Shown here: piece by piece, positions 54,303 through 64,000 of the stretch | Layout of the letters: the number at the start of each line of letters is the position of its first letter | Numbering within the stretch: position 1 is the stretch's first letter | DNA from: Rebecca billardiae RCC1528 | Lineage: Eukaryota; Protista; Haptophyta | NCBI GenBank assembly: GCA_965240325.2 | Contig: OZ251232.1 | Location: forward strand, 248,001-312,000 | Reading direction: 5' to 3' | Length of the DNA: 64,000 nucleotides | The notes under the pieces: model-generated | What the model was told of the DNA's origin: nothing | The model's input: only the letters and a program-made list of their open reading frames with translations | Databases searched by the model: none | Made by a program: the position numbers and the translations under genes

Positions 54303-56075
54303 CTAAGGCGATGACGAGCGCCCCTCCACATCACTGGCTATATCGGACTGATCCTCGTCCGCGGATGGGGCGCCTGCATCAGGCGCCGCTGCCGCCGCCG
54401 CCGGGAGCTCCGGAGGTCGATAGGTTCCGCCTCCGCGGGCCTCGTGGTCGCCACCGTTGAGGTTTGCGCTGCTCGCAACAGCGGCGAGGCGGCCCTCCAT
54501 GGGCACCATGCCGCGCGCGACGAGCAGGCATGGCAGCCCCATAGCCTGCATGCACGCCGTCGCGTAGAAGTTGTGCACGTAGCCATACCGATCGATGATC
54601 ACGCCGCCAACAGCCGCGCTGCCCGCCCACGTCGCCTGATTGACGCTGTCCACCGCGGCGTAGCGCGCGCGCTGCGACGGCGGCACAATGTCGTGGATGA
54701 TCGACTTGGTGACTCCTCCGGTCGAGTTCATCACCCACGTCCGCACGAGGTAGGCAGCAACGACCGCCGCCGCCGGCGCGCCGAGCTGATACAGCGCCGT
54801 CATGCCGATGAAGCACGCGCAGCCAAGCAGCCGGAAGCCCACGGTTGCGGCGACGCGGCCGGTGGTGCGCGAGATGCGCTGCACGACGGAGCCGCATGCG
54901 GCGATGCCGACCATGGCCGCGATGCCGATCGCGTTCACGTGCACCGGGCTGAGCTCGAGCTTGTGCAGGAAGAAGACGGGGAAGAAGCGGATGCTCATCC
55001 CGGACGCGAGCGCGCCGATGACGTCGTACAGGCACACGAGTGATGGCACGAGTAGTAAGCTGCCCGAGCAGCACGTGCGCGTGGCGCCCGCGAGCACGGC
55101 GCTCGCCGCCTCCTCGTCGGTGGCCGCAGTGGCCTTGGAGGCGTCGTGCGCGTGCCCGCCCGTGCCGACTGCGCCGTCTTCAGCCGCCGCCGCCGCTGCC
55201 GTGAGGCTGGCGGCGCCATCGTCGCCGGGCCCGCTCTGCACCGCGTCGAGCCCCGCGCCACCGACCTCGCCGCCCAGACTGTCTATGCTGCCGCTCGCGC
55301 CGTCAGCGTCCGTCTCCGCTGCCTCGGCGTCGCCGCCGCCCGAGTCGTCGTCGAGCAGAGGATCGGAAAGCTGCTGGGCGCGGGGCAGCCCGTCCGCCGC
55401 GGCGCAGAGCCTGGCGGAGACGGCCAAATCGGCGAGCTCATCCGCAGTGAGGTCGGTAACACTGAGGATCAGCGCGTTCGGCACGAGCGTGAGCGCGATG
55501 CCCACGAAGAGAACGCGCGTGCACGTCGCCTTGGTCCACTCGTTGCCCGTCGCCGCAAAGATGACGATCGAGACGAGCGGGCCCATGGCGTTCGCCAGCT
55601 GCGTGAGTTGGTACTTCCGTGTGAACCAGCTCGAGCGCTGCCCGTCCGCGATCGAGTCGGCGAACAGCGCGTCGGCGGATGGGTTGGCAATAGCCCAGTA
55701 CACACCCCAGGCGGCCATGGCGACGCACAGCGATTGGTAGTGGCCGGTGTGGATGCCAAACGCGGCGATCGCGGCGCCCAGGAAGCCGACGATCGCCGCA
55801 AGCCGCAGCATGCGCGCGCGGCCGCCCTTGTCCGCAAGCCAGCCGAATACGGGTGAGAGCGCGAGCTGCGCGATGCCGCGCACGCCAGTAATGACGCCGA
55901 CCGAAGTGTTGTTACCCGTCAGCAAAAAGACATACGCGGCGAGGATGTCGCCCGACCAGATCGAGCGCGCGGCGGAGGCAAGAAATGTGTACGCGCAGAT
56001 GGTAAACAGGTTGCGATGCCGCCGCCCGCCGCCCTGCCGACCGTCGGTGCGGCCCCGGCGGGCCGGCGCGCACAT
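54303..56075 (-). CDS. MFS transporter
   Basis: MFS motif A GWLADKGGR; ALFADS, GPL; acidic central loop; second half ISRTTGR and GGVIIDRYGY. Likely start at 56075. Confidence 0.88.
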   Translation of the reverse strand: MCAPARRGRTDGRQGGGRRHRNLFTICAYTFLASAARSIWSGDILAAYVFLLTGNNTSVGVITGVRGIAQLALSPVFGWLADKGGRARMLRLAAIVGFLGAAIAAFGIHTGHYQSLCVAMAAWGVYWAIANPSADALFADSIADGQRSSWFTRKYQLTQLANAMGPLVSIVIFAATGNEWTKATCTRVLFVGIALTLVPNALILSVTDLTADELADLAVSARLCAAADGLPRAQQLSDPLLDDDSGGGDAEAAETDADGASGSIDSLGGEVGGAGLDAVQSGPGDDGAASLTAAAAAAEDGAVGTGGHAHDASKATAATDEEAASAVLAGATRTCCSGSLLLVPSLVCLYDVIGALASGMSIRFFPVFFLHKLELSPVHVNAIGIAAMVGIAACGSVVQRISRTTGRVAATVGFRLLGCACFIGMTALYQLGAPAAAVVAAYLVRTWVMNSTGGVTKSIIHDIVPPSQRARYAAVDSVNQATWAGSAAVGGVIIDRYGYVHNFYATACMQAMGLPCLLVARGMVPMEGRLAAVASSANLNGGDHEARGGGTYRPPELPAAAAAAPDAGAPSADEDQSDIASDVEGRSSSP

Positions 56076-56318
56076 GGGGCGACCCCTCCCGCTCGGCCTT
56101 GGCCACAGCTGATGACGTGTGCTCCCCTCACAGTTCGCCTGTACATCTGCCCAGTCTGGTTCGCGACTTGCGAAGTGTGCCGAGATTCGATTGAGATTCC
56201 ATCCCCGGGCATTCCGGCCGGCGACCTCGTCGGCACGATGGCGTCGTCGCTCCTGTTGTAGCCGGCCTCTAGTCTCCACCACTTGTCACCTCTCGGCACC
56301 GCCGGGGATCACGCCCGC

Positions 56319-56876
56319 ATGCTGAAGGACTGCTGGGACGATGACTCTGATGAGGCGGAGGCCGACTTCCCGACGCCGCCAGAAGCCGCTCCCGGCATGG
56401 CAGACGACGTCCATGGCCTCGGCCCACTTGGGAAGGCCGATCTCCCAGATGACGTGCCATGCAGCCCGGATGCTCGGCTGTTCTGGGGCTGCGCACACGG
56501 CTCCCTGCGATGCATTGCGCAGGCTGTGCGCGACTGCGTGCCACTGGGCACCAAGCTTCGGTACGAGGTGATGGAGGAGCTGGAGACGCTGGCATGCACG
56601 GCGGACGTCGCAGGCGCCGCCGTCACTGCAGAGCTTGGCGACTCAGCAATGCACATCGCTGCGCGCGCGGGGGTGCTCGAAGCCGTCCTCGTCCTCCTCG
56701 CACTCCCACCGCCATCAGATGGCGAGCGCGTGGATTGGCTTGCAATCCGCAATCGACAGGGCGAGAACCCACTCGACGTGTGCTCCGACGCAAGTGTCGC
56801 TGCGGTCCTCTGCGCAAGCCGAGCAGTGACAGCTGCGCTCATGTACGCGTCATCAGCACGCCTTGACAAGTGCTGA
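56319..56876 (+). CDS. Small ankyrin-repeat protein
   Basis: LFWGCAHG, GDSAMHIAARAG..AV..LL and RNRQGENPLD. Confidence 0.75.
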   Translation: MLKDCWDDDSDEAEADFPTPPEAAPGMADDVHGLGPLGKADLPDDVPCSPDARLFWGCAHGSLRCIAQAVRDCVPLGTKLRYEVMEELETLACTADVAGAAVTAELGDSAMHIAARAGVLEAVLVLLALPPPSDGERVDWLAIRNRQGENPLDVCSDASVAAVLCASRAVTAALMYASSARLDKC

Positions 56877-57742
56877 CGACATATCCCGGTTTGTCTCCCG
56901 GGTGCGTGCTGGACGGCATGCTAAATATACGACGAGCACAACTGTCAACTCGACGAGCCGTCTCACCGAGGCTGCACGCTATAAACCGCTCCCGCTGCAT
57001 GGCCGTCAACATGGTGAGTCAGCATAAGCGGCTCCGTCCGCGTGATCGTCCGTCGACTCGCAAGTGCGTTTGGCGACGTGCGACGGTGGCGAAACGTACG
57101 ACAGTAGTCTACTCAGAATAAGCAGAGACGCGCACACAGCTCAGGCGAGACTTGACGCCAACTGTCACCGCCTATGACGCCGTCGCCGCCGATGGCGATA
57201 ATACTATACGTATAACGCCGCCGGTCTCCTTGCTGATGATGTTCTGCTTGAAGTTATCAATATTAATATTCCTTATTCATTCGTCTGCCGATTCAACTAG
57301 CAGCCGCACGTCCGCCTCGGCCGCCGCCGCCGATCGACGAGGCCGCTATCAGACTCTGATGACGAATTCCGCGCGCCACTGTGACTCAGTCAGTAGGACT
57401 AGGGCCATGGCCGTCTCGCGCGGCGCGCCAGCAGCGCCCGTCGTCCTCGCCCCACCGTCGTCAACAAAACGTTGGCGGCGTGAGGCGGCCGGCACGGCGC
57501 GCGTCTATTATTTATGCGAACCGCTCGCCCGATGGCCCCGACCGACTCGCGCCCGGACCAGCCGGACCGCGCACTCGCAGCACACAGTGCGCGGGCGGCT
57601 GCCGTAAGCCCGAGGCTGGCTGCAGAGACCGTGAATAGACCGATGACTGGCTCTGTGAGGCGGCGCACGCGTGCGCGCTGGCCTGAGGCGCGGCGAAAGC
57701 CGAAGCGGCGGCGAGCAACGCGCGCGGCGTAGGTCCGTACTA

Positions 57743-59604
57743 CAGTCCCCTCAACAATTGGTTACCCTTGTGTTTGGCTGTCTATACCAGCTCAGTCACT
57801 ATGTTTGAGGCCCACTGCTGCATGCTATCTGTTACTGCACCTATAGCCCTCACAGACCAGGTGGGTATGAGCTGGGCGGGTGTGTGGGCTGAGTCAGTCA
57901 GATAAATTGAATGCATTGTGCACAACCGGCTGACGGGTGCTGCGCGGGGGTGCTGGACCACCACGAGGGCAGGCAGGGATGGAAATTCACCCCCTGAGCA
58001 GGCTGTGGGCTGGCTGGCTGGGAGTGTAGCAGCTGTATAGTGGGCCCTGGCGCTGCAGCTGGATGGCCTTTGATACTGCCTAGCAGCCAGCCTAGCAGCA
58101 CAGCCTGGCGTGAGCAGTGCGGTTTCAGTGCGCAGGCGGCCACGTCTCTGCGGGTGGTGGTCGGGGAATGGCCACCACAGTGCACCAGATGCACCTAGCC
58201 TGCCAGCGGCCCACCTGCTGATTGGGTATGCCCTGTAGCACAGCACACGAGGCTCCGCCGAAAATCAGCGGCGCGCTGTGCTACAAGCTGGGCTGAAAGC
58301 GGTGTGGGAGCCAGTCGAGAGCCTGTCGGCCACTGTCACGTCCGAGCTGGCCGGCTTCACGTGCTGCCCAGAGGAGTCCTCCAATTGTCACTCACCCGGC
58401 TGAAGTCATGATGGGTGGGTGCAGCTCGACCGAATGGAGAGTGCTGGGGCCGCAGGTGCCCGTCATGCAAGCCTAGGCGGCCAGGAGAAGGTGTTTAAAT
58501 TCCCCTTTATAACGGGCTCCGGGTGATCAGGCTGGCGGCCGAAGCCTCCAGCCCTACCCTGGCCAGCCCCCAACCAACCACCACCCTCACCCAACCTCAA
58601 ACCACTGACCGAGACACCTAGTGTCTTGACACCACTCCACTGTGGACAGCCCGCCTCCAGAGGGGGCGGGGGTATGCCATTGCCAACAGCATACGAGCCC
58701 AACACTGTGGGGTGGTCCCAGGTACAAGCAGTGTACGGCCTTGCAATTCAAGATCATCGAGTTTGAGCCGAGTCGGCAGCAGGGGCACCCCCTAGGGTGC
58801 CCCAGTGTGGGCAGAGGGCCAGCCACTAGCCGATCCCTGCGCGGGGAAGGGAACTGAGGGGACTGTCATCGAGCCCAGTAGCTGGGCAGGGGTCTGGGCC
58901 ACTGGCCCTGGCAGCGAGGCGCCTGTATTTCACTCGTGCAGCTATGGAGGCAGAGGGGGTCATGTCAGACATGTGTGCTACATTGGGCATCAAGTCCGGG
59001 CGCGGGCCGCTGTAGGAAGCAAGCAAAGTGGTGGCGATGGCTAATACGCCTGGGGAGGTGTCGTTCGCTCGCCTCTTCCTGCTGCGCTGTGCAGGGGGTA
59101 GCGTGCTCCGCTGCGGCACATTTGCCTGGCGGGGTGGGCAGTGTCGTTTGGGCGGGGGGCTGTCCTGCTGCGCTTGACTAGGAGGAGGCAGCCCGCGCCT
59201 GGGGGCTGCCGGTGGCCTGGCAGAGCCAGCAGGCGGCTGTGCGGCCTGCTGTCCCGTGTCTGACTGTGTAAGGTCGCTATGAGCTCCGTTACCAGTGTGA
59301 CTGCCAGCAGCCGGGTCTGCCTCCATCTCAGGGCCCCCATGTGTCAACATATTGTCCGGCGGACCCACATTGCTGCGAGCCAGCGGGGTGGCATATTGGA
59401 GCGGCCATGCCACAAGAGGTGTGGCAGGCTGCAGAGGCCACGCAATCACCATAGGGAGGGGGCGAGCACGCTGAAGAGGCCACGCCAGCAAGAGTAGCTG
59501 GGGGCGCACGTGGTGACCGCGCGCTATGGGCTGGTGCAGGTTGGCCTGCCCCGTGTGATGTGCAGGTGTGCTCTCCATAGGGTAATTTATTGTTGAGAGG
59601 ACTG
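57743..59604. mobile_element. Tc1/mariner-like non-autonomous element with 26-bp imperfect TIRs and TA TSD
   Basis: Left end TA|CAGTCCCCTCAACAATTGGTTACCCT; right end (reverse complement) TA|CAGTCCTCTCAACAATAAATTACCCT, 22/26 identical. The interior is CpG-poor compared with its flanks. Confidence 0.85.
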
Positions 59605-60081
59605 TACTCCGTAGGAGGGCGACATGCACTCCCCAGCCGACCTGGCCACGGGCGCGTACCGGTACACGGCCGCAGGAGCTCAAACGCCGAGTGCGCGCCC
59701 CACTCGCCCGCTCCATCCAGGGCGGGCGGCTCACGAGAGTATTTACTAGTAAGTCGCTGGGGCGAGGCCGCGCAGCGAGCACTAGCGAGCCAACGAGCGA
59801 GCGGGAGCCTCTGCCGCTGGCGCCACTACAACTACAGTTGTTACTATTACTAAGAATAAGAGACAGTACTGGGACTTGCCAGCCCTTACCGCCCTTGCTG
59901 TAGCAGCAGTAGCGATAGTGGATCGTCGTCGCAGCTTTGTATAGGTCGTACTGTCTACTGACATACAATATCGTTATTAATGAGGATCCAAACAATCGGT
60001 CACGAAGGACTCACCGTGAGTTCGTCACGCCGCCGCCGGGGTGCATGAGAAGACACGGACCAATACAAGATATGGGTAACC

Positions 60082-61122
60082 ATGCGGTTTCAAGCCGCGT
60101 CGTCATCAGCAGCGCATCTTTTGGCGACGAGCCTCGAAGGTTCGGAGTCAGGTGACTCACGAAGATCCCTCGACGACAGCGCACATCGCCGCCGCTTCTC
60201 CCGCCCCACCTGTGCGCGTCGAACCATGTGCAGGCTCTGCGCCGCCAATCTCGACATGACACCCGTCGTGTCCGTGCAAGGCGTGGTTTCTCGACCAGAA
60301 CTGAACGGCCGCACTGGTCGATTGCTCGGCCTCTCTGCTGATGCAGAGCGGGTGGTCGTGCGGCTCGACGGCGACGGCTTGCACCTGTCTTTGAAGAAGA
60401 GTAGCGTCGTCGTGCACGCGGACACCACCCAAGACATGACCACGGCGCAGGGCGACGCGAATATGCTCACACTCACCTGCGATGATATGCCGACCTTCGA
60501 GCCTCTGGAGAAGGAGCGCCTCGATCTCTTCGCGAGGGCATTCCGCGCGCGGGTGCACGAGGAGGACCAAGAGCTGCACGCCGCCATCGAAAGCCGCTTG
60601 CTCGCGATCGGTGGTGTCGGCATGGTGCCCATGGCGTTGGCGGAGGTGGGTAAAGAGCGCATGCTCCAGGATGGGTGCCTTTTCTCGCTTCCCATCCGGC
60701 GTCGGCCTGGAGCACCGAGCTCGTGCCACCAGAACGTTGCTGGGCTCCTCGTCCGCACGCTGCTAGCCATGCCAGGTGGGCCGGGTGAGACATGCCCAAT
60801 CAAGTTCTGCACGGGGTACGCGCTGTGTACCGTGGACGGCGTTTGGCGCCAGCACTCCTGGGCTCTCGAGCAGGATACTGGCGATCATTCGTGGTTCATC
60901 GTCGAGACAACGCCGGGCAGGAGCTGCCCGTGGTGCAGGTACTGGGGCGTGCAGTTGAGTGATGATGGCGACATGGTGACGGACGAGACCTGCCGCATGC
61001 TCTTTGAGGAGAGACCCGACGACATCCCTGAAGCCGACTTCGCGCGCGCCATGTCCAAGATGCGCATGAGGGTGGCTGCAGCGACGAGTCCGGAGGTCAT
61101 CGCCTCGATGATGATGAGCTAG
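60082..61122 (+). CDS. Hypothetical protein: N-terminal SH3-like 'PELNG' module plus putative Cys-His-Glu papain/transglutaminase-like domain
   Basis: VQGVVSRPELNGRTG..R.VV motif; C-terminal SSCHQNV, TGYAL..DGVWRQHSW, IVETT and YWG. The true start may be 60226 or 60256. Confidence 0.7.
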   Translation: MRFQAASSSAAHLLATSLEGSESGDSRRSLDDSAHRRRFSRPTCARRTMCRLCAANLDMTPVVSVQGVVSRPELNGRTGRLLGLSADAERVVVRLDGDGLHLSLKKSSVVVHADTTQDMTTAQGDANMLTLTCDDMPTFEPLEKERLDLFARAFRARVHEEDQELHAAIESRLLAIGGVGMVPMALAEVGKERMLQDGCLFSLPIRRRPGAPSSCHQNVAGLLVRTLLAMPGGPGETCPIKFCTGYALCTVDGVWRQHSWALEQDTGDHSWFIVETTPGRSCPWCRYWGVQLSDDGDMVTDETCRMLFEERPDDIPEADFARAMSKMRMRVAAATSPEVIASMMMS

Positions 61123-61259
61123 GAACGCGCGCAGCAACGTAGTGACAGGCAGGTCAAACGGCACGACTCCATGTTGCAGTACATCAGTACATATGTACGC
61201 CATGCAGCAGTTTATTCGCGATCAGATGAAGCCAGCAGAAAATAAATAATGCACATAAT

Positions 61260-61473
<214 letters not shown>

Positions 61474-63449
61474 CGATCAGACGCGACCGTACCGGTGCCA
61501 GTGAGAACGAACTGGCAGGCACCCTCCTTAGGGTCCAACCTAAATGCATCAGCCAGGATACATAATACATATGGACGCTCAATTTGGACCACATCAATAA
61601 TTGAGTACGCGCCTGTCTTCGCTGTGTCACTGTATACCGGCCCGCACTTCTTCAGCACATCTTCAACTACAGTTGACTAAGAATAAGAGACGCACGCAGC
61701 TTAGGCAGGCGAGATTGATGAAATTGCTGATAGTGATAAGCGCCGAATTTCGAACCTGGACTGAGTGGACAGGCATGATTGAAGCTCGTCAGGCTGACGT
61801 TTTGCCGGTTGGCGCCGAAGAAGCTGATGCTGCTATATATACTGCTGAGTGGCGGGCCAAGAAGGCTGAAGAAGCTGAGCAGCGATGGGGGTATTGACGG
61901 CGGAGAGCAATTATTATTCTTGTAGATGATATGATGCGCAGAATCGGTACTTGCGCGCTGACACGCGCGCGGCCTCTGCGTGCTGGCAGTCAGAGCCTGC
62001 GCGGTGCTGTGTGCGAATCAAGCCTCGACGGGCGTCGGCCAACCCGTCGGCCACAGGATGCCCACTTTCGCCCGTTCATCGGCCAGTGGCCGACTACGAC
62101 GAATAAATGAATGAAGGACGATATATTCGTCATTCATCGGTTTGTTTTCGGCGCAAGATTATTCACCATTCGGGCAGTATGTATGGTACCCCAACGAGGT
62201 CGGCTTGACTCTGTCTGGGCATGATCTTGTCGTCGCAGAAGCTGCTTGCAGCCGACTACTGTGCTGCGGCAGCCACCGAGGCTGCCGCAGTCGCGCCAGT
62301 CGCCGCGTCGGCAGACGATGCAGCAGCGCTGCTGGCAGTGCAAGCGCGAGCCGTGGCAGAAATAGGGGTCACGCCCGCACTGGGGCGCGGGCGTGGGTCA
62401 TCTCGGCTCACACACGGCCAACCCGTCAGCAGCCGTAGTTACGACGCTGTCGCAGCGGCTGGCGCGCGGGCAGGTCACGGCCACGGTGGCCCGCGACGGT
62501 CACGGGTCAATGTCACGACCGACTTATACACGGTGCGTGACGCCTGACGGAGTAGTTAAGCGCTACTCGGTCGTCACCGCAGTACCGTACTGTAACTACC
62601 AGCGTTACTCAAGTACCGAGACGTCCGCGAGTGATTGCCAGTTCGTGCCGCCCCGCGCCGCCGTCCGACTGTGTGACTCTATACTGCTGAGTACTGACTG
62701 TGACATCGGTGATCGGACATTCCGAGTCGTCATTCGGACGATGACCGTGCATGCATGCCAGCCGCCGAGTCGTCGTCTCTGCCGCTGCTGCTACTTCCCG
62801 TATACTTGCCTACTACGCGACGTACGATCCAGCACACTGAAGTCAAAGTTATTGACTCGGCTCCGTGTGGGCGGTGTGGCCCGAGCTCCCGGACTCTGCT
62901 GCAGTCAGATAGAGAGAGAGAGACAGAGAGAGAGCTACTGTATACCGTAACTCAACTCCGTAAGGGTGATGTAAGTATATGTGGGGTTATTGGCACAATA
63001 ACTGATGATTGTCTAAGAGGACGGTGGGAGCGCAATGCGCCGTATCAACACCTGCCTGCCATTCGGCCCGAGCCAGGCGGCCGAGCTCAAGTCGGGCTGC
63101 CATCTTGGCCACCCTCTTCTCGTGCCACGAGGGACTTTCGAGCCTGCTCTGTGCGCTCGCACAACGACCCCGAACAACCTACTTTGCTGTGATGCTCCTG
63201 GGCCTTAGGCAAATAGGCAAGGTTGGCGGCGGCACAGGACGGCCAATTGGTGAACTGGGTTTTATCATCAGGCGCCGAGCGAACCGACGCAGTCCAGTGC
63301 CTCTCGCTCACTCGCAGCAAACGCCCTTCGGAAGTGCCCACTGGCATAATGGCTGCAGCTGTTTCCGGCCCGCATCTTCGCGATGCCCTCTGCACGATGG
63401 TGCTGAGTCGTGCCTTGCTCTCGTGCGGCTTGGCGGCTCTCGAGCTGCG

Positions 63450-63604
<155 letters not shown>

Positions 63605-64000
63605 TGCTACTGCTATCAGTATCCGTGACCCGGCGTGACCGTCACTGACCCGGTCACTAGCGCAGTACCGTACCGTAAGTGCCAAGAGTACCCGGGGCCC
63701 CCGCGGTGAGTGAGTGAGTCAGTGAGTGACTAGTCCGCGCCGCGGGAGCCTCTGCCGGCCTCGACTGACGTCAGGCCGTAGCATGCGACGTGTCACACAG
63801 CGATCTGCACACGAGAGCAGCATGCACATGTTCATATGCCGGCGGCGTGCGCAGTCACTGCAGTGGCACAGACCGATGAGACAGCCCGCGCGGCGCGCGC
63901 TGCCGCTGCTGTTATTGTTTGATGTGGCTCATTGACGATGCAGGCCGAGTCGCCGCGATAAGTGCCGCCGAGCGGAATGTCGACGTACGCAGCGATTCGG

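Noticed and set aside
57-56300. Hundreds of long overlapping Arg/Ala/Gly/Pro-rich ORFs (e.g. 9402..13133 +, 38529..40646 -, 33124..35103 -)
   Set aside because: They are shadow frames caused by very high GC and stop-codon scarcity, overlap recognisable genes, and carry no motifs.

Overview
This is very GC-rich eukaryotic nuclear DNA with short GC-rich GT-AG introns and (TA)n/(TG)n microsatellites. The style suggests a haptophyte-like alga such as a Pavlovales member (inference only). About 18 plausible protein genes are present: a HET-like + ankyrin protein, a GH127-type glycosidase, NUP85, a TBC Rab-GAP, a sulfotransferase-like protein, a TupA-like ATP-grasp protein, MsrB, a SulP-STAS-cNMP transporter, NIT1, SMPD4, an EgtD-like methyltransferase, a GNAT, a short RNase Z, two MFS transporters, a small ankyrin protein, an orphan with a putative Cys-His-Glu papain/transglutaminase-like domain, and two further unknowns. 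Most other ORFs in the track are GC-driven shadow frames. The non-genic DNA holds several transposase-less TIR elements. These are a 2.3-kb foldback with ~970-bp arms and a 9-bp TSD nested in a 17-bp-TIR element with a 4-bp TSD; a 3.2-kb element with 547-bp TIRs carrying an extensin-like gene fragment, inserted ~50 bp upstream of NUP85; a CpG-poor 1.86-kb Tc1/mariner-like element; a 2.7-kb segment with 39-bp IRs; and small MITE-like hairpins. No rRNA, tRNA or CRISPR array was recognised. All family calls come from motif recognition by eye, not from database searches.
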